NCBI GenBank assembly: GCA_016618085.1
Contig: JABLTG010000100.1
Span: 53,695-73,694 of the forward strand
Direction of reading: 5' to 3'
DNA: 20,000 nt
Source: Neovahlkampfia damariscottae
Lineage: Eukaryota
The position numbers and the translations under genes are program-made. Of this stretch, positions 19,720 through 20,000 are shown in pieces. Each line of letters begins with the position of its first letter. Within the stretch, counting starts at the first letter, position 1. Under the pieces are notes generated by a model. It was not told where the DNA came from and did no database searches. It saw only the letters and a program-made list of their open reading frames with translations.

Positions 19720-20000
19720 ATGTCCAAACTGCTCAAATTGGATTCATTTTGGAAAGAAAAAAATGTTACTTCAACATCAACAACAGAAGTGATAAAAAAG
19801 AGAAAACTTGAAGAAACAAAAAGTTCAACAAAAGAAACAGGAAATATGAAATCAACATATAAACAAGGAAAATATTCGTATCCTTTTTGGTGGACTAAAG
19901 AAAAAGAAGACATGCTACAAGTGAAAAGTATACCTTCAAGTTCTTCTTCTTCTTCAGTTGACAAGAATATTTGTTGGACAAAAAAGTTGGTAGAACAATC
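19720..20000 (+). CDS. Unknown protein, 5' part only (open to the window edge)
   Basis: ATG at 19720 in an AAAATG context: MSKLLKLDSFWKEKNVTSTSTTEVIKKRKLEETKSS...STYKQGKYSYPFWWTKEKEDML...ICWTKKLVEQ with no stop. Contains an NLS-like KKRK. Confidence 0.6.
   Translation, partial: MSKLLKLDSFWKEKNVTSTSTTEVIKKRKLEETKSSTKETGNMKSTYKQGKYSYPFWWTKEKEDMLQVKSIPSSSSSSSVDKNICWTKKLVEQ

Noticed and set aside
1..20000. CRISPR array, rRNA or long tandem repeats; remaining short antisense ORFs in the track
   Set aside because: No regularly spaced repeats or rRNA-like segments were seen. The small ORFs overlap well-supported genes on the other strand or in another frame.

Overview
Very AT-rich, gene-dense eukaryotic (protist) nuclear DNA with tiny GT-AG introns (30-43 nt in the genes where I delimited them). 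The gene content suggests a heterolobosean/Naegleria-like organism (inference). From left to right: a kelch-repeat gene (partial); a heavily disrupted bacterial-style Ser/Thr kinase-AAA ATPase-GAF-class III cyclase gene; a frameshifted TMEM151-like gene; tRNA-Gln(CTG); an arginyl-tRNA-protein transferase (ATE1) fused to a ZZ zinc finger, SHP box and UBX domain; a PBZ zinc finger-DUF4246 gene; CAF1/POP2 deadenylase; a UBE3A-like AZUL-HECT ligase; a surface EGF-RCC1 protein; and the start of an unknown ORF. The standout is a complete 567-aa LAGLIDADG homing-endonuclease intein (8970-10670). It closely resembles the yeast VMA1 intein (VDE/PI-SceI) but is inserted at a zinc-ligand Cys in the middle of the ZZ finger of the ATE1-ZZ-UBX protein, and it carries an extra ~90-aa insert. 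The host protein itself looks like a single-chain writer/reader/p97-recruiter for the Arg/N-degron pathway. All family assignments come from motif recognition by eye; no searches were run.
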